Origin: a virus
Lineage: Duplodnaviria > Caudoviricetes
Reading direction: 5' to 3' (one strand)
DNA length: 37,255 nucleotides
Virus record (IMG/VR): IMGVR_UViG_3300007523_000028
Location: 1 to 37,255 of that record
A model generated the notes under the pieces. The model was not told the origin of the DNA. It did not search any database and worked only from the letters and a program-made list of their open reading frames with translations. How positions within the stretch are numbered: position 1 is the stretch's first letter; the number at the start of each line of letters is the position of its first letter. Both the position numbers and the translations under genes were made by a program. Below, piece after piece: positions 16,461 through 26,700 of this stretch.

Positions 16461-17852
16461 ATGCAAGAAAAGAATTTCGGTGAGTTGGGGAGTCAGTTCC
16501 AACAAACATTAATAAAATCTATAATTGAAGACACCAAATACGGGGAGCAGATTCTCGAAGTTTTGGATAGTAAGTATTTTGACAATATTACATTTAAGTA
16601 TATTATTCAGAATGTAAAAGAGTTATTCATAACTTACAATTCGAGAGTACCGGACTATGAGACGGTAAGACAGAAGATTATAGAAAGTTCACTTGCAAAC
16701 CCCAATACGAGTAAAATACACATCGACACGTTAGATGCGATTGAGAATCTTGAAAATCCTGTACACACACCTTCATTTGTAAAGGACACCGCCCTTAATT
16801 TCTGTAAACAACAGAGTCTAAAGAGGACCTTGAAAGAGGTTGACAAATTAATACATGGTGGTGATTTTCAAGCATACGATAAAATCGAAGAAATGATTGC
16901 AGAAGCACTTCAAGTGGGTATTTCTGATGATGTTGTTGTAGATATTTTAGATAATATTTCTGAAGCGTTGGAGAACGACATGAGAACACCAATACCAACA
17001 GGAATTACTGGATTAGATAATTTACTTGATGGTGGATTATCACACGGAGAATTAGGTATGGTTTTAGCACCAACAGGAACAGGTAAAACAACAATATTAA
17101 CTAAGTTTGCAAACACCGCAGCTAATCAAGGGTATAATGTAATTCAATTCTTCTTTGAGGATAGTAATGCACAAATACAAAGAAAACACTTCACGGTGTG
17201 GTCAGGTGTTGAGGCTAAACATCAGAGTGAGCAAAAAGAGTTTGTTCAAGGGAAGATTGAAGCGGCTACAAGTCGAAAGGGTTTCGGTAGTCTTAAGTTG
17301 GTTAGATTACCTAATGGTACATCAACCACTGGTGATATAAAAAGAATTATTAGAAAAATAACGGCACAATCACCAAAACCCGTTGACTTAGTTCTTATTG
17401 ATTACATCGATTGTTTGACATCGGATAAATCAATCAATGGTGAAGAGTGGAAAGGTGAAGGGGCAATTGTTAGATCAATCGAATCTATGTGTCACGAAAT
17501 GAATATAGGTGTTTGGACTGCGGCTCAGGGTAATAGACAGTCAAGTACTGTTGATGTACCGGGTGTTGACCATTTCGGAGGTTCAATTAAAAAGGCTCAA
17601 TCATCACACATCATTTTATCAATTTCAAGATCAAATGAACAAAAAGAAAACAAAACAGCCAACGTAACTTTAGTCAAATCAAGAATCGGTCAAGACGGCA
17701 TTACCTTCAACGACTGTAAATTTGATAATGCAATGATGGATATAGTTCTTGAAGAACAAATGACAATGTTAGGGTTTGAACAGAACAAAGTTCAAAGAAC
17801 ACAACAAAGAGCGGCTAATTTGTACAAACAATCACAAGGAATTAAACAATAA
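16461..17852 (+). CDS. dnaB: Replicative DNA helicase, DnaB / T4 gp41-like (SF4)
   Basis: 463 aa. IPTGITGLDNLLDGG, Walker A APTGTGKTT, LIDYID, TAAQGNR, KSRIG. Confidence 0.9.
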   Translation: MQEKNFGELGSQFQQTLIKSIIEDTKYGEQILEVLDSKYFDNITFKYIIQNVKELFITYNSRVPDYETVRQKIIESSLANPNTSKIHIDTLDAIENLENPVHTPSFVKDTALNFCKQQSLKRTLKEVDKLIHGGDFQAYDKIEEMIAEALQVGISDDVVVDILDNISEALENDMRTPIPTGITGLDNLLDGGLSHGELGMVLAPTGTGKTTILTKFANTAANQGYNVIQFFFEDSNAQIQRKHFTVWSGVEAKHQSEQKEFVQGKIEAATSRKGFGSLKLVRLPNGTSTTGDIKRIIRKITAQSPKPVDLVLIDYIDCLTSDKSINGEEWKGEGAIVRSIESMCHEMNIGVWTAAQGNRQSSTVDVPGVDHFGGSIKKAQSSHIILSISRSNEQKENKTANVTLVKSRIGQDGITFNDCKFDNAMMDIVLEEQMTMLGFEQNKVQRTQQRAANLYKQSQGIKQ

Positions 17853-17867
17853 TTTAAATATATTAAG

Positions 17868-18842
17868 ATGACAGAAAAAATATTACAAGAAAACCCAGGA
17901 AGATTTGTTCTTTTTCCAATTAAACACGATGATATTTGGAAGTTTTATAAACAACAAGAGGCAAGTTTTTGGACTGCTGAGGAAATTGACTTACAACAAG
18001 ATGTGAGTGATTGGGTTAATAAATTAAACGACGATGAGAGACATTTTGTTAAACATGTATTGGCATTCTTTGCCGCGTCCGATGGTATTGTTAATGAGAA
18101 TCTTGCGGAAAACTTCATTAATGAGGTACAATATACTGAAGCAAAATTCTTTTATGGTTTCCAAATTGCAATGGAAAATATCCATTCAGAAACCTATTCA
18201 TTATTAATTGACTCTCTAATTAAAGATACTGAAGAACAAAATAGATTATTTAACGCTATTGACACAATTCCGGCAATTCAAAAAAAGGCTAAGTGGGCAC
18301 TTAAATGGATCGATTCTGATTCTTTTGGTGAACGTCTTATTGCGTTCGCGGCGGTAGAGGGTATTTTCTTTTCGGGTTCGTTCTGTTCAATTTTTTGGTT
18401 AAAGAAACGTGGTTTAATGCCGGGTCTATCTTTCTCAAATGAACTTATTTCAAGAGACGAAGGTCTTCATTGTGATTTCGCGTGTCATTTATACAACGAC
18501 CACGTTGAGAACAAACTACCAAAGGGAAGAATAGAGGAAATAATTCTTTCGGCATTAGAAATTGAGAAGGAATTTATTCTTGAAGCATTACCTGTGAGAT
18601 TAATTGGTATGAATGCGGATCTAATGGAACAATATTTAGAATTTGTTACTGATAGATTGTTGGATTCTTTAGGTGTTGCAAAGAAATTTAACACTGAAAA
18701 CCCATTTGATTTCATGCAAAACATTGCATTACAAGGAAAAACCAACTTCTTTGAAAAGAGAGTTGCAGAATACCAAAAAGCGGGTGTTATTAGTGACGGA
18801 GAAGAGGATTTAGATTCTGCATTCGGCGAAATGGATTTTTAA
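17868..18842 (+). CDS. nrdB: Ribonucleotide reductase class Ia beta subunit
   Basis: 324 aa. [29 protein letters not shown] (radical Tyr), [22 protein letters not shown]. Confidence 0.97.
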   Translation: MTEKILQENPGRFVLFPIKHDDIWKFYKQQEASFWTAEEIDLQQDVSDWVNKLNDDERHFVKHVLAFFAASDGIVNENLAENFINEVQYTEAKFFYGFQIAMENIHSETYSLLIDSLIKDTEEQNRLFNAIDTIPAIQKKAKWALKWIDSDSFGERLIAFAAVEGIFFSGSFCSIFWLKKRGLMPGLSFSNELISRDEGLHCDFACHLYNDHVENKLPKGRIEEIILSALEIEKEFILEALPVRLIGMNADLMEQYLEFVTDRLLDSLGVAKKFNTENPFDFMQNIALQGKTNFFEKRVAEYQKAGVISDGEEDLDSAFGEMDF

Positions 18843-18854
18843 AAAAGAGGGATT

Positions 18855-21302
18855 ATGAAAGTAAAAAAGAGAGATGGTTCCTTAGAGGAAATGAGATATG
18901 ATAAGATTACAAGACGAATTTCGTCACTGTGTTCTGACTTAAATTTGGATTATGTTGATCCAACTTATATTACACTAAAGGTTACTCAAGGTATATATGA
19001 TGGAATAACATCGACTGAGTTAGATACATTAGCGGCTGAGACCGCCGCGTCTATGACAACCACACACCCCGATTACGCAAAATTGGCGGGACGTTTAGCG
19101 GTTACTAACCTACATAAAACAACACCAAAGAAGTTTTCACAATCAATTAAGGAATTATTTTCTTTCATTGAACCACGTACGGGTCAGGAGTCTTCTTTAA
19201 TATCTGAGGAATTATTTGATTTTGTAAAAAAGAATAGGGCGGTAATTGATGGTGCAATTGTACAAGAAAGAGATTTTAGTTTTGACTTCTTCGGGTTTAA
19301 AACCTTGGAAAGGTCATATCTTCTTAGAATTGGTCAACGTATAGTTGAGAGACCCCAATACATGTATATGAGAGTTGCAATGGGTATCTGTAACGGTGAC
19401 ATTGAAATGGGTCTTAGGATCTATGATGATTTATCACAACACTTTTATACTCACGCAACACCAACATTATTTAATGCGGGTACTCGTAGACCACAGATGT
19501 CGTCTTGTTTCCTAATTGGTAACAAAGGGGATGACATTAATAGTTTATTTGACACGATTCAAGATGTTGCAAATATCTCTAAATGGGCCGGTGGTATTGG
19601 ATTACACGTTCATGATGTTAGAGCAAGGGGTTCTTACATTAAAGGGACTGGTGGCGAATCAGATGGTTTATTACCTATGATGAAAACATATAATGAAGTT
19701 GCACGATGGATTAATCAAGGTGGTAAAAGAAAAGGTTCTTTCGCTGTGTATCTTGAACCATGGCATGCTGACATCTTTGAATTCATTGATTTAAGAAAGA
19801 ATCATGGTAAGGAAGAAATGAGAGCAAGAGATTTATTCCTTGCTATGTGGACACCTGATTTATTTATGCAAAGAGTACAGGAAGATGGTGATTGGACATT
19901 GTTCTCACCTGACGAAGCACCTGGTCTTTCTGATGTATACGACTCACCTAAGAATAAAAACTTTACTAAATTGTATGAAAAATACGAAAGTGAAGGTAAA
20001 GGTCGTAGAGTGTTGAAGGCAAGAAAATTAATGGATGCCATCTTAACCGCACAAATTGAAACAGGAACACCATATATGTTATATAAAGATCCTGCTAACT
20101 ATAAATCGAATCAACAAAACTTAGGGACTATTAAATCTTCCAACCTTTGTACTGAGATTATAGAATATTCGACACCTGACGAACAGGCGGTATGTAATTT
20201 AGCGTCTTTAGCATTACCAAAATACATTATTGATGGTGAGTTTAATCACGAGTTATTATATGAATACGTTTACCAAGTAGTAAAAAACTTGAATAATGTG
20301 ATTGATTTAAACTTCTATCCAACTAAAGAAACAAAAAAGTCTAATATGCGTCACAGACCTGTTGGTCTTGGTATTCAAGGTTTAGCGGATGTGTTCTGTA
20401 TGTTAAGAATACCTTTTGAATCTGAAGAAGCGGATACATTACAGACTGATATTTTTGAAACAATATACTTCGCAGCAATGGCATCATCTAAAGATCTTGC
20501 TAAAGTTGATGGGCCATATGAGTCAATAGAAGGTTCACCAATTGAGAAGGGTATTTTCCAATATCAAATGTGGGGATTAAAAGATAATGATCTATCAGGT
20601 AGATGGGACTGGAAATCACTTAGAAAAGAAGTGGTAAAGTTTGGTGTGAAAAATTCACTATTAGTCGCACCAATGCCAACCGCGTCTACCGCTCAGATCC
20701 TTAACAATAATGAGGCTTTCGAACCGTTTACTACGAATTTATATTCAAGAAGAACATTAGGTGGTGAGTTTATTGTTATAAACAAACATTTGGTTAATGA
20801 ACTAATGTCTGTTGGTTTATGGGGTGATGAGATTAAAGATAAATTAATTATGGAAAATGGGTCAGTACAAAACATACCTGAAATTCCAACAGAAATTAAG
20901 GAGATTTATAAAACCGTATGGGAAATGTCACAAAAAAGACTTCTTAATATGGCGGCTAATAGATCGGTCTTTATTGACCAATCACAATCGTTTAATCTTT
21001 TTATTAGTAATGCAACTAAAGCAAAACTATTAGCAGCACACCTACATGGGTGGAAGTTAGGTTTGAAAACGGGTATGTATTACTTAAGAACAAGATCGGC
21101 GGTTGACCCACTAAAGGGATTAGGAGTAAACACTTCTAAGGCAACTCCTGATGTGAATGTAGAAAAACAAAAAGAAGTGATAGAGAATCCAATACCGACA
21201 TCTAATTCACTTTTAAGTGAAAATAAAGAGTTGAAAATGGTAAGTAATCAGGATATTAGACCTGACGATTCACCATTTGATTGTGAAGGGTGTGGTTCTT
21301 AG
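18855..21302 (+). CDS. nrdA: Ribonucleotide reductase class Ia alpha subunit with N-terminal ATP cone
   Basis: 815 aa. VKKRDG ATP cone, ATPTLFNAG, SSCFL, SNLCTEI, CNLAS, APMPTAST, KTGMYY, and C-terminal CEGCGS. Confidence 0.97.
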   Translation: MKVKKRDGSLEEMRYDKITRRISSLCSDLNLDYVDPTYITLKVTQGIYDGITSTELDTLAAETAASMTTTHPDYAKLAGRLAVTNLHKTTPKKFSQSIKELFSFIEPRTGQESSLISEELFDFVKKNRAVIDGAIVQERDFSFDFFGFKTLERSYLLRIGQRIVERPQYMYMRVAMGICNGDIEMGLRIYDDLSQHFYTHATPTLFNAGTRRPQMSSCFLIGNKGDDINSLFDTIQDVANISKWAGGIGLHVHDVRARGSYIKGTGGESDGLLPMMKTYNEVARWINQGGKRKGSFAVYLEPWHADIFEFIDLRKNHGKEEMRARDLFLAMWTPDLFMQRVQEDGDWTLFSPDEAPGLSDVYDSPKNKNFTKLYEKYESEGKGRRVLKARKLMDAILTAQIETGTPYMLYKDPANYKSNQQNLGTIKSSNLCTEIIEYSTPDEQAVCNLASLALPKYIIDGEFNHELLYEYVYQVVKNLNNVIDLNFYPTKETKKSNMRHRPVGLGIQGLADVFCMLRIPFESEEADTLQTDIFETIYFAAMASSKDLAKVDGPYESIEGSPIEKGIFQYQMWGLKDNDLSGRWDWKSLRKEVVKFGVKNSLLVAPMPTASTAQILNNNEAFEPFTTNLYSRRTLGGEFIVINKHLVNELMSVGLWGDEIKDKLIMENGSVQNIPEIPTEIKEIYKTVWEMSQKRLLNMAANRSVFIDQSQSFNLFISNATKAKLLAAHLHGWKLGLKTGMYYLRTRSAVDPLKGLGVNTSKATPDVNVEKQKEVIENPIPTSNSLLSENKELKMVSNQDIRPDDSPFDCEGCGS

Positions 21303-21326
21303 AATCGTATTTTAACTATTTTTTTT

Positions 21327-21352
21327 AAACCCCCCTTCATTGGGGGTTTTTT
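21327..21352 (+). terminator. Intrinsic terminator after nrdA
   Basis: AAACCCCC-cttcatt-GGGGGTTT followed by further Ts. Confidence 0.85.
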
Positions 21353-21378
21353 ATTTAACACCATTTTATTAATGATTA

Positions 21379-21385
21379 TATTTAT
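21379..21385 (+). promoter_or_regulatory. TATTTAT putative late-promoter motif
   Basis: Just after the nrdA terminator and 4 nt before the ATG at 21390. Confidence 0.55.
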
Positions 21386-21389
21386 TAGT

Positions 21390-21842
21390 ATGGCATTAAC
21401 CTATGGAATTGACTTTCCTTTCAGAGAAAGTACATCAGGAGATTATTTAAAGTTAACAACTACACCCGAAAAGGAGGTAAGAGCTAACCTTATACACCTT
21501 ATTTTAACAAAGAAGGGTAGTAGATATTACTTACCCGAATTCGGAACAAGGATATATGAATATATATTTAATCAGAATGATATAGTAACCTTTAATTTAA
21601 TTGAAGAAGAAATTCGTGAGGGATGTAAGAAATATCTACCAAACTTAGATATCAATTCAATAAAAGTTGAGTCAGCTGAAGATAGTACTGATCCTGTAAC
21701 CACCGTAGATGAAGAAACGGATGAACGGTTATTTAGGTTAGGGGACTCTTCAACTAACCCATACACCGCAAAGGTTAAAATCGACTATACGGTTAATAAT
21801 GGTGCGTTTAGCTCATCAGATTTTGTTATAATTAATATATAA
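21390..21842 (+). CDS. Baseplate wedge protein gp25 / gpW-like
   Basis: YGIDFPF...VRANLIHLILTKKGSRYYLPEFGTRIYEYIF...IEEEIREGCKKYLP is the gp25 family pattern. Start placed at 21390 (MALTYGIDFPF) rather than 21372. Confidence 0.88.
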   Translation: MALTYGIDFPFRESTSGDYLKLTTTPEKEVRANLIHLILTKKGSRYYLPEFGTRIYEYIFNQNDIVTFNLIEEEIREGCKKYLPNLDINSIKVESAEDSTDPVTTVDEETDERLFRLGDSSTNPYTAKVKIDYTVNNGAFSSSDFVIINI

Positions 21843-21843
21843 A

Positions 21844-23676
21844 ATGGCGAAGAAAATATCATATTCAACAAGAGATTTTGCGGGGTTAAGAGAAGAACTT
21901 GTTAATTTAAGTAAAGAGTACTACCCTGAGTTAGTTCAGAATACAAACGACGCATCGATATTTTCGGTGTTATTAGATTTGAACGCGGCTATTGGGGATA
22001 ACCTTCATTATCACATTGATAGAGTATGGCAAGAGACGATGTTGGATTTCGCACAACAAAGAAAATCTTTATTTCATATTGCAAAAACATATGGTATGAG
22101 AATACCAGGTAATAGACCATCAGTGTCATTATGTGATTTATCAATCAATGTACCCGTAAGAGGTGACAAAGAGGATGAGAGGTACTTAGGAATTGTAAGA
22201 TCAGGAGCTCAAGTTTCGGGTGGAGGTCAAACATTTGAAACAATTGAAGATGTGGACTTTTCAAACCCATTTAATAATAAAGGAGAACCAAACAGATTAA
22301 AAATACCTAATTTTGACAGTAATAATAAATTAATATCATATACCATAACCAAACGTGAAGCGGTGGTAAATGGTGTGTCAAGGGTATACAGAAGAGTAAT
22401 TACTTCACAAGATCAAAAACCATTTTTAAAACTATACTTACCTGAACAAAATATTTTAGGTGTGGTATCAGTTATACATAAAGAAGGTACAAACTTTACT
22501 TCTAACCCATCATCTTCAGAATTCTCAAACTCATCAAATAAGTGGTATGAGGTGAAATCTTTGATGGAGGATAAAGTCTTCATACCAAACCCAACATCAG
22601 CATCGGACAAGAAAAATTTCATTGCTGGTGATAACAAAAGGGTTACAAATAAATTCATTAGTGAATATACACCAGAAGGATACATGTCAGTAACTTTTGG
22701 TTCAGGAACAGTAGATCCATTAGATAACTTAGATTCGTTTAATAACGGCTCTTTAAAGGTTAGTCTTGGGTCTTACTTAAATAACTTATCGTTAGGTGCA
22801 ACACCAAGAGCAAACAGTACAATTTTCATAAAATACAGAGTTGGGGGTGGTAAAGACACGAATTTAGGTGTTAATATCATCACAAGTGTGGACAATATGG
22901 AATTTAATGTAAGCGGTCCGTTGACCAATGTAAATAATCAAGTAGTACAATCATTTAGGGTTACTAATGTAACTCCCGCTGTTGGTGGAGCTGATCAACC
23001 AACAATCGAAGAAATTAGAAATATGGTTGGATATAACTTTTCAGCACAAAATAGAGCGGTTACACTTAACGATTATAAGTCATTAATAGAAACAATGCCA
23101 TCAACATACGGAGCACCCGCAAAGGTCAACGTGATGGAAGAAGATAACAAAATTAGAATTAAATTACTTTCATATAATAGTGATGGTAGTTTAACCGATA
23201 CGGTTTCAACAACATTAAAAAATAATATCTTAAATTATTTGTCCAATTATAGAATGATAAATGATTATTTGGATATTGTTAGTGGTGAGGTAATTGATTT
23301 AGGTTTAGAAATTGATTTAGTTATTGATAAAAACACAACACAAACTGATGTTCTTAAAGATGTTATAGAATCAGCAACAAATTACTTCACAATTGAAGGT
23401 AGAAAGATGGGTGATCCATTATTTGTTGGTGAGTTAAAGAAAACAGTTGGGGATGTTGTGGGTGTTGTTAATGTTGTGGACCTTAGAGTCTTTGGTAAAA
23501 CCGAAGGTGAATATTCAATGGCTGAGGTATCTCAGGGATATGTTAGTGAAGCAACTAAGGAGATACAACAATCAGATTCTACAGTCTACATGAAAAATAA
23601 TCAAATTTTTCAAATTAGGTTTCCTAAGAAAGATATTAAAGTTAGAATAAAAACTCTCTCTTCCACTACATTTTAA
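21844..23676 (+). CDS. Baseplate wedge protein, T4 gp6 / baseplate J-like
   Basis: 610 aa. YSTRDFAGLREEL, IAKTYG, YRVGGG..TN, AVGGADQPTIEEIR, AQNRAVTLNDY. Follows gp25. Confidence 0.88.
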   Translation: MAKKISYSTRDFAGLREELVNLSKEYYPELVQNTNDASIFSVLLDLNAAIGDNLHYHIDRVWQETMLDFAQQRKSLFHIAKTYGMRIPGNRPSVSLCDLSINVPVRGDKEDERYLGIVRSGAQVSGGGQTFETIEDVDFSNPFNNKGEPNRLKIPNFDSNNKLISYTITKREAVVNGVSRVYRRVITSQDQKPFLKLYLPEQNILGVVSVIHKEGTNFTSNPSSSEFSNSSNKWYEVKSLMEDKVFIPNPTSASDKKNFIAGDNKRVTNKFISEYTPEGYMSVTFGSGTVDPLDNLDSFNNGSLKVSLGSYLNNLSLGATPRANSTIFIKYRVGGGKDTNLGVNIITSVDNMEFNVSGPLTNVNNQVVQSFRVTNVTPAVGGADQPTIEEIRNMVGYNFSAQNRAVTLNDYKSLIETMPSTYGAPAKVNVMEEDNKIRIKLLSYNSDGSLTDTVSTTLKNNILNYLSNYRMINDYLDIVSGEVIDLGLEIDLVIDKNTTQTDVLKDVIESATNYFTIEGRKMGDPLFVGELKKTVGDVVGVVNVVDLRVFGKTEGEYSMAEVSQGYVSEATKEIQQSDSTVYMKNNQIFQIRFPKKDIKVRIKTLSSTTF

Positions 23677-23723
23677 TTAAGTTTTTCTGTATTATTATTA
23701 TAATGGGAAAATAGGTTATAATC

Positions 23724-23731
23724 TATTTATA
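23724..23731 (+). promoter_or_regulatory. TATTTATA putative late-promoter motif
   Basis: ATCTATTTAT, identical to 891-900; core ends 5 nt before the ATG at 23736. Confidence 0.55.
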
Positions 23732-23735
23732 TTAT

Positions 23736-26700
23736 ATGATACAAAAACACAGAATACGAACTGAGATTGGTCAGGATCAAAAATTGACTGTTGAGTTAAA
23801 ACAGGACTACGATCTTTTAGAAATTCTTTCTCTGAAATTCACACAACAAGATATATATACTTCGCTTTGTGCGGACTATGGGGTTGTTGCGGGTCGTATA
23901 TCTGTCAATGACGGGTTTGGTGTTGCAAATGCAAGGGTTTCTATTTTCATTCCACTAAGTGATGAAGACAGTAATGATCCAATTATAAGTGCGTTATATC
24001 CATATACTACAACATCTGAAACAGATGAGGACGGTTATCGTTACAATCTATTACCTTCAAGAAAACAACACACTGGACATACTCCAACAGGTACATTTCC
24101 TGACCAAGAAGATATTTTGGGAAGAGAAGAGGTTTTAGAGGTTTATGAAAAATATTACAAATACTCGGTAAAAACAAACGACTCTGGTGACTTCATGATA
24201 TGGGGAGTACCTGTCGGTCAACAAACAATACACGTTGATGTTGATATGTCGGACATGGGGTGTCAATCACTTGTCCCTTACGATTTTATATATGAGGGGG
24301 TATCAGATCAACAATTCGAAAATGGATATACTTTCATGTCGTCTAATAATATTTCAGGGTTACCACAGATCACAACATTCGAAAAAACTATTGAAATTTA
24401 CCCTTTTTGGGGTAATGAAGATTTATGTGAGATTGGTATTACAAGAACTGACTTTGATTTAAAAGACCAGGGAATACGTATCGAACCGTACTCAATTATG
24501 ATGGGAGGGTCATTTACTGATGGGGGTAAAGATTCTGTTAGAGTTCGTTGTAATGTTGATAACCAAATGGGTGAAAAATGTTCACTTATCACTGGTGAGG
24601 GTGACATTGAAGCAATACGATTTACGGGTGAGTATGATAAAAATGTAGATGGAACTCTAAATTATAGAAGACCAATGCTTGAGGCCATTCAGTTAGATTC
24701 TCAAATCGATGAGAATGGTAATTTCTTTTTCAGAGTTCCGATGAACATGAGATATGTTATTACTAATGAATTTGGTGAAACTGTGACAACAAAAGATAGA
24801 AATAAAGGTATTGCTACGAGATCAACATATAGGTTCCGACTTTCATTACAAAATGACAATGGTCAGAAGAAACAATATCGAGGAAAATATTTAGTACCAC
24901 AAATTAAAGAATATCAATTAGGTTCTTCACCAACCTACCCTAACCCAAAATCATATGCATTCTCAACTAATATTGATGATTATCCTGATGAGGCAATTGA
25001 TGATATAAGTGGTCAAAATAATGATAATAGATTCTCGAATGATTATTTCTATTCATTTAGGTATAATAGAGTTTATACTGTTTCTTCCTTTATTAATCAA
25101 TACCATAATAAATCTTGGGGTGAAACGGTATTCCCCTTTTTTGTAAAAGATAGGAACGAATCATTTATTGGAATAAAAGAAATACAACCTTCTATTGAAG
25201 AAGACTGTGCGAATAACAATGAGTACTTCCCTATTACGGATGCCGTTAGGAATCACAAGTTTAAGTTTTTAATAATAATTATTCTAAATTTCTTAGAAAG
25301 GATATATTTGGTTATTACTCAGTTTGCAATTGATTTCATAGTTGAATTTCTATTTGACATAAGTGAAGCATTGTGGGAGTTCTACTTAGGTTGGCCATTC
25401 AAATGGAGACCTTTCTCAGGAATATCGAACCGAATTGCTCAATTTGCAAGGTCTATACAAATAACAACTTTAAGAAGGTTGAGTCTTATTAATTATCCTG
25501 ATTGTTATGAATGTACTTTAGATCCCACGTCTGGTGACGAAAGTGGAAATGGTGGGTCATATACATATGATTACGAAACGGTTTCCAATGACCCTAATGA
25601 TCTTGAGAACATAATAGGTGTTTCGGGACTTACAAGTGTTAATTCAAACATTACAGTACCCCACGATTTCGACCCTAACAGTTCGGACCCTATTATACTA
25701 ACCGACTTAACCATACCAATAACGGGTGGTAGTTCAATAAAAAACTACATAATTAAATATGTTATAACGGCTACGGTGTTTGGGTTTGATTCTAATGGCG
25801 GCCAAATAACTATTACACCCGAAGATTATGGATATGTTTGGATTGGATATGGGTCATCCTATGGTACGGCATCAACGGGGTCTACACTTACATTTGGGGG
25901 TCTTGCAAGTAAAATACATAATGACGTTTATTCTGCACAAGGAGCTGACACTCAACAGACATTACCAACATCGTATAGTAACACAGCGCTTTCATCGGCG
26001 GGTAATATTACAATAAAAGACATTTACTTTCTTTCTGAATTAACATCGACAGAAAATCCACCCAATTTATCTGAAAGTGGTTGTGAAAAGTATGACACAA
26101 TTTACGATGCGGATGGTGATATGGAATTAACCGCTCTTATAAATAACCCTGCGGGTACACATGATTATGCATGGCACGAACAAAATCCAACCATACCGGC
26201 GGGTGTTGAATATCCTGATATTTTTATTGACACCGAGGATCCGTGTAATTACACACCACCAGTAAATGACATTGTGGCGTCTGTAAGTGCGTGGTCGGAC
26301 GAAACCATTGGATGGCAAGGTCAGAGAGATAGAAGATTGGCGTTACTTGCTGGTTGGACCGCAAATAATGGTGATCAAGACGGTACGGCATCTGGACATT
26401 CAGAATTTAGAGATGGTGTTTATAGTTTAGTTGCCGCCGCCGGTAAAAACAGAGCCCTTATTCTAAATTACTCAAGAAGAAAGTTACTTGGTAAATTAAT
26501 GTGTGCGGGTGTTACCTCATATACCTTCAGTAATAGTTGGTTAAATGGTTCATTATATTTTTTCCAATTTAGAAGAAGAAAGGGAGGTAGTAATGCAAAA
26601 TTCTGTAAAGATGTAATATACCGTAAGGAAGATGAAAATGGGGCACATTACTACTACAGATCATCACCATACATGAATGGTAGTTTTATCGGTCAAATAG

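Noticed and set aside
12894-21302. Stop-codon reassignment (TAG), as in some large phages
   Set aside because: Long genes are intact under the standard code. TAG ends genes at natural C-termini (e.g. nrdA after CEGCGS), and TGA and TAA are also used as stops.
13950-21302. Inteins, introns or homing endonucleases in recA, helicase, nrdA or nrdB
   Set aside because: All four have normal lengths and contiguous motifs, with no insertions seen.
21372-21389. Upstream ATG for gp25 given by the ORF track
   Set aside because: The extra MIIFIS overlaps the TATTTAT motif. The ATG at 21390 gives a typical gp25 N-terminus.
916-23676. Bacterial eCIS/T6SS locus, or eukaryotic giant virus (given the eukaryote-like RNR)
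   Set aside because: Baseplate genes are interleaved with a phage-type SSB, UvsX, RNase H and helicase, have bacterial-type terminators, and follow a tape-measure-like gene. This RNR subtype also occurs in bacteria and phages.
23677-23720. Weak AT-rich inverted repeat after the gp6-like gene
   Set aside because: The pairing is imperfect and low in GC, with no following T tract, so it is not convincing as a terminator.
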